Counted from the whole stretch's first letter, positions 1 to 14,483 are shown. The stretch: DNA of 63,532 bases, filler included, from Asterionella formosa (GCA_002256025.1; 3 parts of 3 records of this genome joined end to end with filler, not necessarily neighbours in it), one strand, 5' to 3'. Notes: a model not told the origin generated them from the letters alone. A program made the numbers and translations.

Positions 1-1052
1 AAGCAGAATCATGGGATTCTGAGCCCTCGATTTCGAGCTCCAGCATGCTGTTCACGGGATATTCGACAGCGAGAGGCATCTTGACCTTTCGAGCTGACAG
101 CGTATTCACTGGTGGCTGGCTGGCTGGCTGGTGAGAGAAGGAAGGAAGCAAGCAAGAAAGCAAATCAGCTGGAAATGATAATTAGAGGAACGACGAGAGA
201 AGAAAGTAATAGAAAAGACCTCCCTTCCGCCATCGACTACCGGTACCAGGTACCAGGTAACTACTATGGAATGTACGTTATGCATCATGCATAATCGCTT
301 TGGCCTCGTCGTCGGAATGTAAATATGACGTCTGGCCTTTCTTCGTCCTTTTGAAGAAACTCCCTAATAAGAAATAGGTGTCATACGTACCTACATATGT
401 AATTCCTGGGTGATAGAAAATGGTGTCGGTACCGGTAGGAGTGTTGCGTGGTACACTTATGTAGGCTTACGTAATAGAGGAGTATATCATATCTTTTATT
501 ATGAATATACCGGTATGGAATACCGGTAAAGAATTTGGAGGACTGGTACCAGTTACCAGGTACCAGGTACCTGGTATCAGTATGGGGTGATGCTATTGTT
601 ACATACCTCGGGAACCTTGTGGAATGCGACTTGATCCTCAACACTTTAGTTCACTGTTAAAACACGATCATGAAATGTACGTCGTACCGGGTAGTTGACT
701 ACCTGGTACCAGGTATCGTTATTGGGTAAAATATGAGCAGCAACTACAGTATCAATCAACGACTCGTACAAAACCTATTTTACGCAGCGCCAGAATCACT
801 GCTTCTATCAATGTGAGTTTTATCAAAAGCGTTGATCGTTTGAATATGTTAGCGCAGATGGTATTTTGTTGCACTTTAGATGATGATTTATTTGAGAAAT
901 ATGAGAAGAGGATTCAGAAACGAATAAGAAATGATGATTCTTCGTTTTGCTCGCGAATTATATTTACAATATGATTTCTTTTTCTATAAGACTGTTTCTC
1001 ATCATTCCTTTCTCATCTCCTTTCTATTCACAGCAGCCCTAGTATTATTTAA

Positions 1053-1469
<417 letters not shown>

Positions 1470-4400
1470 GCGAAGGAGAATGCTTTGGAAGGTGCATCTA
1501 TTTGCATCGATGGAAGAGTTGATGAGAAACGATTTGGTTAAAATGAACAAGAAGTGACTGCTTGGGATAGCAGCAGATTAATGGCTTTAGGCTCACGAAG
1601 CGTAATGTATTGCATATTATTAATATTATTTTGATTTTAAAACTATGGCATTTCCAAGTATGTACACATGAGTTGCCTTATACTTGGTAGATATGTATAA
1701 TGTGGAGTATGTCCTGTAGTTGTAGTGATCATTTGGAGAACTTCATGTGTAAATCTAGAGTTATCACAATGAATGAATCTTGGAAAATCCCATATGAATG
1801 TGATAGGGTCAGTCTACTCATGCATTTCGGTTGGCCGAAGACATGATCTCCTTCTGTTTACATATTTTCCAAGTGTTCACAACAGGAAAAGCCTAACAAG
1901 TAAAGTTAGCCATGTGCATAGCAGGGTAGGTATTACCATTGCCTTACATATTGGTTTCTTTCCAGTACATTCTACTGAATTCAGTCTCTATTTGAGGCCT
2001 CATTTGAAAATCTTGATGTCTCTTTAACTTTATATACATTGTTGGATAGTACTTTTTCTCCTGAATGGACATCATCTATTGGCCTCTGATTTTCTTGAGC
2101 TCCCTCCACAGGACAGTCACTCATTCAAGTCAGTGAACCTTTCAATATTCACCTCATGATTTTGGACCGCCCATGCCACAGTGATGAGTGCATGTACTTG
2201 GAAAGGCATGAAACAACAGCACCTTGGCCCATTATGAATCTTTGCTTTTTTGCCATTCCACACTGATAATTTTGGAAGGCAGGCTTCTCTTGTAACTGAA
2301 TTTATATTCATAGAAATGAAATATTTGATGAATTGAAAAAGGGGAAATGGATTGAACATACAAACTGAATTCAACCTAGCCGGTAAGCCTGATGTGCATA
2401 GTAAATTAATAGTACATGACAGATGCATTTACCAGGTACCAGGGTACCTGGTAAGACAACTTGGTACCTGGTACCTGGTACAACCAACCAGCTTCACGGA
2501 CGAAGGTGTGTTTAGTATCGGTATCTGGTACCTGGTACCTACTTATGCACTATCGAAACGAGGAGATTTTATTCTCACTAAATACAGTCACCCAAGAATG
2601 TCCGGTAAACACGGTTTGTACTAGAGAAAAGGTATGGCTAAATATCTCGATTACCGGACCTTCCAGCCAACCATGTACGTGGTCCTGGTAGTACCAGGTA
2701 GTATCAGGTACAGTTGAAGCAAGTGACGAAGTCGACTACCGGTACCGGTGCGATCCCTATATATACGTGTGGCTCCGATACTTACTACATACTCCTCCGA
2801 GATCCAGGACCCGGTAGTCCAACGTATAACCGTTTCCAGGTACAAACTTCAAAAGGAAGGGATCAGGACGACCTCATAAAAAAAACTACCGGTAGCATGT
2901 CTTGGTCGATGGTACTTTACCATTACTCCTCCGAACGAGGCCAGGAACCCCGGAGTACACCCGTCGTTAACCAAACGTACCAAAGAGTCTAGAACGCCGT
3001 TCATCATGAACACACTAATCTGCTTCCTACATGACTCCGCCATGTCATGATGCACTACAGCTATGATCTACAGCGGCAACGCTGAAATGCGATCTGATCA
3101 AACGTGAGTACCGGTATATATATACGATTGTTTAAGGACTAATGTGTGAAAAAATGATGATTCAGAGTGTCGTCTCAGGGTAGTACCTGGACGCTGGTAA
3201 GCGCCGGAAGTAAGGGCTCGGGACAGTGGACCCATACGCCGGTTATAATAATTGCTCATGTTCTCGAAATCTCTGGTTCGGTGGAGACATCGTTTGCTGA
3301 TTTTACGCCATTTACGTCCCCTCCTGTTGGTTTGTTTTGTTTCTTATCCATCCCTTGCTCACCGGACTAAGTGTCTTTCTCTGCAAACTGGTCAGAATTG
3401 AGGGACTAATTCACATATCCCTCGTTCCATACGGTCAGATTCGTTTGAAATCCAAGCTCCACTTGAAATCAAGGATATCGTTGCTTCTGGTACCGGGATT
3501 GTGTTCCTGTCAACCACGGGCACTTGCTGTCACCTCAAACGCGTGCCATCCAAATATCAATATAGAATACTCGTTCAAGGCTGAGCAATCGTTTGATGTC
3601 ACGAAAAATTGCTCTGTGAGGTTCTAGTGGTACTCATTCACATACTAGCTAATCAAGACCTCAGATCGTGTCTATATTTGCCATCACATTTTGGAACCAA
3701 TGCAGATTTCATGGTAGTTCGGAGTTACCCAGCCCCACTGTCTGCTAAAAATATACAGAGTACACTGCTATCCTGAAACCAAGGAAATTGCCTTATTGCT
3801 TTCAGAAAAACTGTCACCATGGCAAGTACTGTCCAAGGTATAGCATCATTCCTTTTTCAGTTGGGTAGAATCGACGCTAACGCTATAACTGCAAGCTTTT
3901 TTAGCACATGCTTTTCCACACTTAAGGAATCCGATTTTGTAAATATTGTAACCATATCATAGTGAAATTCTCATGAGACACATCGAGAAACTTGGATGAT
4001 TCACTTTTCCACTTGAACCTTTGCTCGAAAATGACAAGTGTTTGACCATTGGTGGTGATTTAAGAAGACAGTGAATCGCTTGAATTCAAGGATAACAATG
4101 TTCACCGGAAAGTTCTCTTTCAATTATCTGAGAAAGCTGTTGCCACATGCTAGTACCAACCAACATTTATTTCTTAGTCATTACCAGACAATGCTGGGCA
4201 GTGGAATACTGGGTAGTCCAGTTCACAAGTACCTTCAAGATCTGTGCTCCTGTCAAGAGTCATGCAATGTTGCATGTTGCCACACATGGGTTCCATCCAA
4301 CATAGATTGTGTAAATTTATGAGCATAAATACCAGTATGCATGTTGTACAACAAAAATGAAACAATGTGATTTCTAATCGTTTTTACTTGATCATAATGG

Positions 4401-4714
4401 ACAAACAGCAGAGAAGTCCAATTTCATGTGAGGGAACCAAACTGGTAGCAATCTATTGCATTCCTTCTATAGCCTTCAGTCACATGCTTCTACACAATCG
4501 AGGATGAATCCATGTTCCTCACTTTATCCACCATACACTGCCTAAGTGCCACTTGGGCTCCTTGCCCACCAACTCACACCTATTGCAGTAGCCAAAAAAT
4601 TCTCCTCCATAGCTACTCTAGGAGCCGCATGGTCTCATCGCCTGAGTCCAATTCCCTACATCTACAATCCTAGCCCTCTGGGCCGCAGTGCAACCCAACA
4701 AATTCCACTATAGA

Positions 4715-5070
4715 CGAGGAGCCCCATTCACAAACATTCACATCGCCAGTGAGTGTGACATTCCTGTAATGGCATATGAGTTTATTTGGAATGTCAACCA
4801 GTTCGATTTTCACTTTTTCACCAGGACGTCAAACGGTCTGACATTTTAGTGAGCCAACAACCGGACCGAAAATGTCTTCCGCTGCCCACAATGTTGTGTA
4901 ATGGGACAGATATGACGTAGGTTGTTTTCTACAAATTTGATAAACTCCCATGTACTTGGTCTTCCGTTGATATGCTGAATCTGACAACCTAGACAGGCGC
5001 ATCAATTTCTGACTTTCTTAATATTGACTATACCTGATAACCCTTCTCTGGATGAATATTGCCTGAGTTT
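4715..5070 (-). mobile_element. Decayed Ty1/copia (CoDi-like) LTR retrotransposon pol fragment, pre-integrase/integrase start
   Basis: Manual minus-strand translation gives QHINGRPSTWEFIKFVENNLRHICPIT..AAEDIFGPVVGSLKCQTV*RPG..VDIPNKL..YRNVTLTGDV..MFVNG. This matches the G.PS..DF...V..N...NCP.T..D...AEDIFGP..GSLKGKT.R motif of diatom copia elements, with stops and frameshifts. Confidence 0.75.
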
Positions 5071-5217
5071 GAGAAGCAACCACCATAAGGAAGGGGCACC
5101 AGTTGAAGTCAAACTAGAGGGAAAAATGACACATCTTCTGAGTGGTAATTTTCCCTTTTCTGATGGCGATAAAAGCATTATAGCTATGTATATTTATAGC
5201 ATCATACAATAGACTAG

Positions 5218-5324
5218 AAGCCTAAAAAACGATTTGCATTGCCCTTCCCTCCAAATCCTTTCCGTAACATTAAACTGGAAGCTTAAAAATCGATTTGTGG
5301 GGGCATCCAAATCCTTTCCATAGC
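5218..5324. repeat. Imperfect ~50-bp direct repeat (2 copies)
   Basis: aagcctaaaaaacgatttg...tccaaatcctttccgtaac versus aagcttaaaaatcgatttg...tccaaatcctttccatagc. Confidence 0.6.
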
Positions 5325-7483
5325 GACAAGGGTTGTCAATGGTTAGTCTCTTATGGGGTTCATATATTTGAATTTAAGTATCACAAGTTTAATGTTCCTT
5401 TTATTTTCCTTTTCTTTCTTGCACACATTGGGTTCTTGTATTTCTTCTTTCATCCTTTGCAATAGCTAGTAGAACTAAACCGCAACTGTTGACACAGACC
5501 CAACCTTGTCAGCTATACATAAATGACCTGTCTCAATCCGTCAAACTGGTATGCAGCCCAAACAGAGACAGTAGAAATATGGGGCAAAAGTTGCATTGCT
5601 TTTCTCCCAAGATTATACTTGAGTCACTTATAAAGATAACCAAACAAACCAAAGCTGAGCAAGCATCTGTTGTTACCTGACACGATTGGTAGGATAACTT
5701 GTTTAACTACTATTCCAGTTTCTTCTTCTCATTAACAATGAAGACCACGTAAGTAAAGCCTGATCAAGTGCTTACTTACCAAACCTTATGGAGGTTCAAC
5801 AATCAACGAAATCGACTTGCATGCTCTTCAGAATTCAAAGATGTGATTTTTACTCACCCAATCATGATTGTAGGTGTCTACACGTCGTTTCCATCATAGT
5901 GCTCCCCAACGCTCCTCCCATTTCTCAAGCTCCTTGATTTTGTGCCTTTTTGCACTCCACGTACTATGGGGTCCCTAGAATGGGAAGGTTCGGCACCATT
6001 TCCTTCCATAGAAACTGTACCTTGGTACCTGGTACCTCCTACCTTGTCACTTCATGGGCCATGTAATTCCCGATTTCTTCGAGCTCCCCTGAAATTCCAC
6101 ACCTTTCCAACCTTCTTACCGGTACTAGCTTTTCAGCACGCAGGTGCTCCATTTATTTAGATCACATCTACAAATATTTAGAACCGTAGTAGTAATCATA
6201 TCAAGTCCATGTAGTACAGGTAATTAACGGCGAATGTTCAATATGAAACGTTGCTTGTAAATCCGCTGTAGAGCATTAATTAATGGTACGGTATTAAGAT
6301 TTTTTATATGCCGCTCTGGACACCAACCATGTTTAATGATGGATCATATATACATCATTAAAAATATCTATTCAATCATATCTTCCGTTATCTGGTTGAA
6401 TCTGGTTGAATCGTTTGTCCAATCATAATCCCTCACCTCTCTTGAATATCTAGAGCATCTGCGATGATTGAAGCGAATACCGGTATGTCAAGTGCATACT
6501 GGGAGTTACTAATCGATCGAACGTATTGAAATTGAGGTTCAAAGCAGTTTTTCAAGGTACGGTGGTGCCTGGTACCCTTGCACAAGGATACCAGGTATTG
6601 TAATCGAAACCATGCATGAGAACACGCTCATTGAAGCTTGGATTTAGAAACTGTTACGCACTTTCATATGCTGAGATGACATGAAACGTGGTACTAGGTA
6701 CCCTGGTACCACCAATATTCGTACCAGGGTGTCAGACAAATAATAGATCGAATGTCCCAGCGATATCATAGTCGTGACACTTTTTTAAGGCACAGAAATA
6801 TCATTTTTGAATGGAACAAAAAAATACCCCTTTGAGTACTTGGTATTCAACCTAATACAACAGTCGTACATATTAATTTTCGCCAGTGCCTGGAACTGGT
6901 ACCTGGTACCAGCGTACTAGCTATCCTAGAAATATTCCACACCTTACTAACTTCTACATGATGATTGTTCAAGATCGCTCGCTTGTTTGTGGTCAAAGAA
7001 GGTTTTGGAGCATGCTACCGGGTAGCACGCGTAAGAAAGAGAAGCATCACGGTACTACCTGTGTAATACACTGTATAAACTGTACCTGGTAAGTACAGTT
7101 GAGATTCATTAATGGCTTGATGATTGGGAAATTGAAAACTTTTCTCGCGTAATTTTCGACATGAGATAAACGAAGCAAAGTTGATTTCCGCTTCACAATG
7201 ACTCGTCGTTTGATGAGCAATGACAACTAGATACAGTGGAGATATAAAGTGCGCGGCAAAAATAGCGTTTAGATTATCTTTTGTCGCTTGTAGCGTTATT
7301 TTTCTGCAAGACATGCGTTGTACATGGCATGCTCAGTGCAGCGACATAGATTGCCAAGTTCCAGCGCGTGAAAAGTAGCGTTGCTCGTTGTTGGTCTAAT
7401 AGCTTTCAACAATAAAAGAGGAAAGTAGATAGGGGCATTTCGTTGAATGAATAGGGCCTGAGTACTGGATCTCGACCTCCATG

Positions 7484-8092
7484 TCATAGGTCCAAAAAAA
7501 AGACAAATTCGTCCTCCGGAACAGATGTAGTATCTGCTGCGTTAGACAAGGATTCATCAATTACAATAGGTGCCCCACGCGATGATGAAAAGGGAATGCA
7601 GCTTCGTGCTTGTTCGGGGAGGTCAATTAGCTGGTGTTGAAGTGTTCTCGCAGCAATGCGATCCTCTGGAAAGCCAGAAATACTCCAACTGTCATTTTCT
7701 GGCCATCCATTCACCGCAGGAGGTTCTTCTTTGGCCCTCTCGTAAGGAGCCTCGTAGATATCTTCGACCCTCTTTTGTCGCTGCCGAATGCCATTGACGA
7801 CCCTGTAAAACATGGACAATTCTCTGTATTCCGCCAGTTCCATATCTTCACAGAGTTGAAGTTCGGACTGGGTCTTTCGTATATGCGAGCGTGGTAATGG
7901 AATGGTCTGCGTTGAAACCTGGCGGGGCTCTGGCAGCGCCATGGGGAGTCCGTCATGATTGTCCATAGTCATTGGATATCTGCACTGAGTTGCTAGGAAT
8001 TGTGTTTTGGCTCTGTAGTGTTCTCTCATTTTAAGTAGAGGCAAAGGTGGCTTTGTGAAAAGGAGAAAGGCAGGGACGACGAAATGGAACAA
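7484..8092 (-). CDS. Hypothetical protein of a diatom-type family; true start probably an internal Met (MREHY or MTMDNHD)
   Basis: Motif LPRSHIRKTQSELQLCEDMELAEYRELSMFYRVVNGIRQRQ and C-terminal DEFVFFLDL resemble a family of diatom hypothetical proteins; the ORF-track start is not ATG. Confidence 0.75.
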   Translation of the reverse strand: MFHFVVPAFLLFTKPPLPLLKMREHYRAKTQFLATQCRYPMTMDNHDGLPMALPEPRQVSTQTIPLPRSHIRKTQSELQLCEDMELAEYRELSMFYRVVNGIRQRQKRVEDIYEAPYERAKEEPPAVNGWPENDSWSISGFPEDRIAARTLQHQLIDLPEQARSCIPFSSSRGAPIVIDESLSNAADTTSVPEDEFVFFLDL

Positions 8093-9596
8093 AATCGGAT
8101 AGTGAATATTGGCTTGATCGAAATGTGTTTGAACAGAAGTTTCACAATATATTGTTGAGAGTGTCGAGGGCTAAAATATTAAAATAGACGGTTAGTACTG
8201 AAACAGAGCATCACATGATTTCATTGGATGGCATGCAAACAAAAGGGGTAGAGAACAACATTGATATAAAAGTGATAGATTTGCCATCAGCGACAAAATA
8301 GTTTTGCCGGAGTCTGAAAATTTGAAGCGTCAGGATTGGTGGTGCCGGCTCTGACGATCCCTATGTGATCAAGAGAAAAAGTACGGCCTGTCCGACTGTA
8401 CGGAGTATCACAAAGTACGAGTCACGACTACATGGAGTACCTGGTACTATACCACCAGGACCAGGTACGTGAACAGCGTTGAGCAACACCACCAAATCCA
8501 TCTGCATAGGTGTCAAAACGTCCTATTTTCATTGGCTGGATTCTTCAGGAAAAAACTGATAGTCAACAACGCATCTTATTAAGAAACCAAGGTGCCGTGT
8601 GGACGGCAGGACGGGAATTCCGATGTTCGTACAGGTAGGTCGGCATGGCATGGAACGATTATGCAGTCATGCTTTCCGTGAGGTTCCGCATCTCGAACGA
8701 TTTCGAGCGCCGACCTTTTAACAACGTACCGTTTGAAATGAATGCAGGAGAAGCAATTCAGCCGAGAAAACAAAAGTGCTGCCCTCAAACAAACGAGTGC
8801 TTGGATCCGGAAATCTGTAAGAATATATGGTCGAAAATTGTAGATTCGTCTACACACGGGTACATTCTTCATTACCGGTACCCACCAGGGTACGAGGACC
8901 ATGTACCAGGGGGTACTGTAAATACATTCATGTGAAGGGCTGGAACGACTGCACGGTACATAAGTCGTCATCATCAAATTTGAACGAGCAAATTCTTGAC
9001 AATGGGTGAATGCAGTTTTGGAGGGTCGTCGTTACTCCGATTGAGTAACGCTTCAAGTACTGGGACGTGGTTTTGACATCATCGCTGACGTCAGTGGTCA
9101 TGCTTCGCTCGTTTGTTTGGTCCTGTGTGTAACAGGTTCCTGTAGTGGTGTGCACAAACGTAGTACCTGGTACCAGGTACCAGCTGCCTGGTGGTGCCTT
9201 TCCGATGTCCTGATAATCGTTGAAGTTATGATGGGTTTATACTTTTTACGGTATCAGGTACCAAGGTACCAGTAGCACTACAAACGACTGTTTTCTCATG
9301 CACTTCATGCACGTGGCGCCCTGGTACAGGTACCGTGAATATTGTTGATCACTGTAAATGTCTCTGTACGTTACATTTGTGCCAGTATTTCTTATGTAAA
9401 TAACGGTATTCATTCCGCTGTGCCATTGGAAATATACTCAGCACCGTATATATCATACATGAAGGGGGTTCTTTTATATCGGACAACTCTTCTGCAACAT
9501 CAGACAGAGCGGATGGCCTTCACAACAAAGGATCATCAGGCGCTCAAGCAAATGTACACAGCTAGCACATTGATGGTAGTCACACAGTAACCTGGA

Positions 9597-11534
9597 ATGG
9601 CGAGTTCATCAGGAGGTGTCTATCAGCATCTCGAGATTGGCAGTAATGAAGACTTCGACGTTGAGCCAGGGAACAACTCGTCAAACCGCACGGGCTGTTG
9701 TAATTGTTCCTCCGCAGCGTCTCCTGTTGCTACACCTCTGTCTTCCTTGGGGATTTCCACCCCTTCCGATCCATCACGACGTTGGGCTGTGTTCTTATTT
9801 GCATTGACAACGATTTTACTTTATGCCGATCAGAACCTCTTGGGCCCGAATTTGACTGCGGCCGCGAACGAATTTGGATTCACAGCAGAAGAACGAGATA
9901 GAAAGCTCGGTGGAGACATTGCGTTGGCATTCTTTCTGTTGGGCGCACCAGCATCACTCATGGTGGGTTGTTTGGCGGACACATCGCATCGCAGCATTCT
10001 GTTTGCCGTTGTTGTGGGCATTGGAGAGGGAGCTTGTTTGTTGACCTACTTCTCAACGACATATACTCAGCTCTACGCATGTCGAGCCATTACTGGTTTT
10101 AGTGTCGGTGGAGCCATGCCGCTGATTTACAGTGTGTTGGGGGACTTGTTTTCGTCGAACGAGCGACATGCAGTGACTGCAATTGTAGGGATAGGAACCG
10201 GGACAGGGATCTCCTTAGGTCAAGGGCTGGCGGGATTTTTGGGGCCAACGTTTGGGTGGCGTCTCCCCTTTCTGGTTGTGAGTGTACCAGCCTTGGTGTG
10301 CGCCTTATTGGTTCTGTTAACGGTGAGGGACCCAGAAAGAGGAAGTATGGAGAAAGTGGTAATGGAACGTCGAGAAATTAGTTACCACCAGCACTCTGCG
10401 GTTCATTTGGATTCGCACAAAAACCAGACGCCTTGTAGTATTGAGAATGCTCACAAACAGCAATCTACTCCTGTGCTTGATGAAGAAGACCCTGAACCAG
10501 TGGTGATACAATCTCACTCAAATCTATCAGAGGAACGACAACAAATAGATCAAGGCCAAACCATAACAAATCAGGGTGAATCTACCTACGAAGTTAGGCC
10601 ATTTTCTTTCGAATTTCGAGTTCACTGGAACACATTTGTGAATTTAGTGTCAACTCCTTCTGTGTTGCTATTCCTTTTACAAGGAGCACCAGGATGTGTA
10701 CCTTGGGTAAGAAACAAGAGATCAATATCATATCTACATTAAAAATCAACACTCTCATTAAATTGTCAACAGGGCATCATCAACACATATCTCAATGACT
10801 TTTTGTCAGAGGACCGCGGTATGACAGTCGAAGGTGCAACAGCAACTGTTCTGTGCTTTGGTGCGGGGTCATTTTGTGGTTTGTTGGTTGGTGGTGCTGG
10901 TGGTCAAGCTTTGTATCACATGGATCCTCGCTATCCATCCATACTTGCAGGAGCTGCAGCAATATTTGGGTGCATTCCATTCTGGCTGGTATTGAATACA
11001 ATCGATGTGACAAGTTCGTTTTTCTACATAATCATCGTAACTGGGTGTGCTGGACTCTGTGCTGGTATTACTGGTCCAATCGTCAAGGCAAATTTACAAA
11101 ATGTAACGCTACCGACGTCTCGTGGTCAAGCTTTTGCCATTTACAATACATTTGATGATTTTGGTAGAGGTCTTGGTCCTCTCTTTATTTCCATAATGAT
11201 ATCCAAGTTTGGAGGACGAATACGGGCATTTAACATTGGTGTACTTGGATGGATACTGTGTGGTATTTTCAATCTCTTGAGTTTTTTTACCATTGAGAAG
11301 GACGAGGAGAAAATGCAACGAACGTTGGAAGCTGACTTGACAAAATTGGACAAAGATAATGTGGGCTATATTGATCAGAGTTCATTGGAAATGACTCATT
11401 TAAACATTCCTGTTGGTGGCGTGATGGAAGAATCTGTGAAGGACGACGAAAATATTTCGGATGATTCCATGAAAAGTGTCTTGAAAAAAAGATTAGTTCT
11501 CTTTCCAGTGCTTCCCATGGTTAGTTTTAGCTAA
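9597..11534 (+). CDS. MFS transporter (Spinster-like), 2 exons 9597-10706 + 10773-11534
   Basis: Multiple TM helices with MFS motifs (YADQNLL, GCLADTSHRS, GWRLPF). GT-AG intron 10707-10772 joins ...GCVPW|GIINTYLNDFLSED in frame. Confidence 0.92.
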
Positions 11535-11664
11535 ATTTGAAAAAAGTGATTTACGAATGTCGTCTATACTATAGATTGGGAGTTAAATGAGAGGTAGTGT
11601 GTTTTTCTGTCGTAAGGTTCCAATATTGCTGTGCCATTACTATATCTCCATTTCAAGTTTGGAG

Positions 11665-12708
11665 CTAGTTCTTGCTTGCGTGCTTGAGAAGTACCTTTCC
11701 CTTGCGACCCTTTTCATACAGGTATCTCATTGCAGCAGGAAAATCCTCGATTGGCACAATGGGTCCAATCTCAGGAGAAACCTTACCGTCGACCATGCTT
11801 TGAATCATATTTCCAATGACCTCCTGACTGTGTACAGGATTCTTTTGGAACCAAGTATTTAGCCACCACCCATGCACCTTGATATCCTTGAAAATCAACT
11901 CAACAGTATCCACCTGTAGGGGTTCACCACATTGAAGACCATATCCAAAGAAAGTTCCCCTGGGTCCCATTGCCTTGATGGCTTCCGAACCCGTGTCACC
12001 ACCAACAGCATCCACAACGGCAGCGATGCGCGCACCTTTGGTAATTCTTTTGACTTGATCCTGAAAGATTGCTCCATCAGCTCCCTGATCAAAGACTACA
12101 CATGCATCTCCTTTATATTCGTCCATAATTTCAGCAACCGCATCTGGGCGGCGGACCACATTCAAGACCTTGACACCCTTATCCTTGGCCATGCTAATAA
12201 ACATGCGTCCCAATGTCGATGTGGCAGCAGTTTGGATGATCCAATCTTCACTGGATTCCTGAGCTGCGATGCAATCATCCAACATGCCATAAGCAGTAAG
12301 TGGATTCACAAATAACTGTGCCGCATGTTCGTCGCGAAGACCATCGGGGATGGGCACAACCATGTCTTGACTAGGTAGTCTCAAAAATGCCCCCCACGTT
12401 CCTGCCTCACTGCCAGCAACAGGAACAACACGTTGACCCACATAAACTTTGGTCACTCCAGTACCAATGCTCTCCACAACACCAACTCCCTCTAGGCCAG
12501 GTACGAAGGGGTAACTCTTCTCATTGACATGTCGGACACCAGGATACACTCCCATGACAGTAAAGCCATCGGCGGGATTCACAGCGGCCATGGTCATACG
12601 AACCACCACTTGTCCGGGTCCAGCCGTTGGTGCTGGCTGATCAATGAGCTGAAGGACACCATCTTGTGTGGGGTGTCCTGGTTTCATGATGATTAAGCTC
12701 GGTGCCAT
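11665..12708 (-). CDS. MDR superfamily NADPH-dependent oxidoreductase (quinone reductase / trans-2-enoyl reductase-like)
   Basis: AAVNPAD, VPGLEGVGVV, LFVNPLTAYGML, QTAATSTLGR and C-terminal GKVLL motifs. Confidence 0.93.
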   Translation of the reverse strand: MAPSLIIMKPGHPTQDGVLQLIDQPAPTAGPGQVVVRMTMAAVNPADGFTVMGVYPGVRHVNEKSYPFVPGLEGVGVVESIGTGVTKVYVGQRVVPVAGSEAGTWGAFLRLPSQDMVVPIPDGLRDEHAAQLFVNPLTAYGMLDDCIAAQESSEDWIIQTAATSTLGRMFISMAKDKGVKVLNVVRRPDAVAEIMDEYKGDACVVFDQGADGAIFQDQVKRITKGARIAAVVDAVGGDTGSEAIKAMGPRGTFFGYGLQCGEPLQVDTVELIFKDIKVHGWWLNTWFQKNPVHSQEVIGNMIQSMVDGKVSPEIGPIVPIEDFPAAMRYLYEKGRKGKVLLKHASKN

Positions 12709-13421
12709 GATGTGTCAGTGGAGATGTGTATATATTTATGTTTGTGTATACTAATGTAAGTATCTGAAAATACTTTTGTTGTCGTTGACGCTTTTCGTTA
12801 CGATAGCGGACCGAAATCAATACTATGGTCGAAGAATAACAACGACGGTGGACGATGATAACAGCCACACTTATCCTGTGCAGGTTGCTGTGAACGAACA
12901 ATCGTTACAGTTCGTCCTACATCTTCACACATCAGCTTATACTGTACTACAACCGGTAGTCTACGCAGTATCGGGGGTGACTACCGGTCGCAGTAATAGA
13001 TTGGATGACATCATACGTACTTACGTGTTCGAAACTGTTCGTCTCACCTCGCTCACACACCATATCATCACAATCGATGACCTGTCCTCCCAAAACTATT
13101 ACCGGTAGCTCTCCTACCGGTATATAAAATGGGAAAATCATGAGAAACATCATCATATCTTACATCGTCGCCGTCGTCATGTTCTATGATTTGCGAAATG
13201 CTTGTATGTCCTACCGGTATGTAGTACGTATGCATAGTATGGCTGCATGGAATCCGGAGTATCTCTACTACATATGCAATATCTACACCATGGACTAGCA
13301 AGAACGGTACCTGGTACCAGGGTACCACCAGGGTACCTGGTACATCCATGCATAGCTGATACTGTCATAAATCTTTTGTACACAGGTTGTGGCCCTTATG
13401 GTGCATCCCAGCAATGTAATG

Positions 13422-13576
13422 TTGTTTCATGATGCCCAATCAAGCATGCAATGTGAAATGAGGGGTCAATGACTGTCATTTTGATTTTCAACTTTAGTAC
13501 TTTTGGCAGCATTCCAGCCAAGAGATGAAGTCGAAAATCACTCATCATGGTGATTTTCATAATTTTGGAGATTCAT
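13422..13576 (+). repeat. Dispersed hairpin-containing repeat, copy 1
   Basis: Aligns to the reverse complement of 32250-32462. Internal stem tgattttcaacttt..ttggc / gccaagagatgaagtcgaaaatca. Confidence 0.8.
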
Positions 13577-14483
13577 ATGTGTAGTAGAAACCTTTGTACT
13601 TGACTTTATTCTCCCTCTGATAATAACATCATGATAAAGCGTCACACAGGTGAATTGTAGGGTTTAGGTGGTCACTTGGAAATAATTGGAATGCCATTGC
13701 ATGCAAATTGTCTAGCAATGGCCTGCAGATTCAACAGATTAACAAAGTCTCTGACAAAATATTTAAGTTCCTAATAAATTCCTATTGTTTTCTATCATCA
13801 AATCTGTCTTTTTGACTACCAATGCTCTATGATGTTATCTGGATAATCAAGTCCAACAATTTCAGAGGGTTTAAAAATAGTAGAGTTATCTGCTGGGTGA
13901 CCCTCTAACCATTAAGGAATCAATGTATGAGACCATATGTCAAGAGCAGATATTGTAGTAAGTGGTCTTAAGAGGTAAGGGCTCTCACTAGGTTACATGT
14001 TAGTCCTAGATGTCCATAACTGAATCATATATCTGGATTGGTGTACAATGGTGCACTATCAGATCCATCAAGCAAGGTAGCTTCGTCATGGATTGCATAC
14101 TATTTATTAGCGTCATACATACAGGTACCGGTAGTCTAGCACATACCGGTACAGTGAAAAATGGAATGCCGTACTACTGGTACATGCTGAAAAAAGTATC
14201 CAGAAGCGCAGAACAAGAAAATCAAGAAGGCATTACTGTCTGCAGAAAAGCGAAGCCTGCAGTTGCTGACTCTCCCCCAATGGTGTCAATATTGTTTATT
14301 TATATTGTCAAGTCTAAACCTTTATTCATGTATTCTAAGATTTCATTATTTATACATTTTCGATTCCGAAGCCACATTTAACAATTGTTACGATCCCATA
14401 AATCTCAATAGACAGACAATTGCAGAACTACATTTGCATACATAGCTTACTTCCTTATCAAAACAAAGAAAAAGAAAGGAGCG

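Noticed and set aside
1..175. Possible partial minus-strand exon (..KMPLAVEYPVNSMLELEIEGSESHDSA) after a pyrimidine tract
   Set aside because: Too short and cut by the window edge; no recognisable motif
8579..9155. Short ORFs upstream of the MFS gene (e.g. 8645-8935)
   Set aside because: No recognisable domain, and they run into palindrome motifs
12776..13432. Short ORFs rich in VPGT/YQVP/WYLV
   Set aside because: These peptides are translations of the TACCAGG/CCTGGTA motifs, not real proteins
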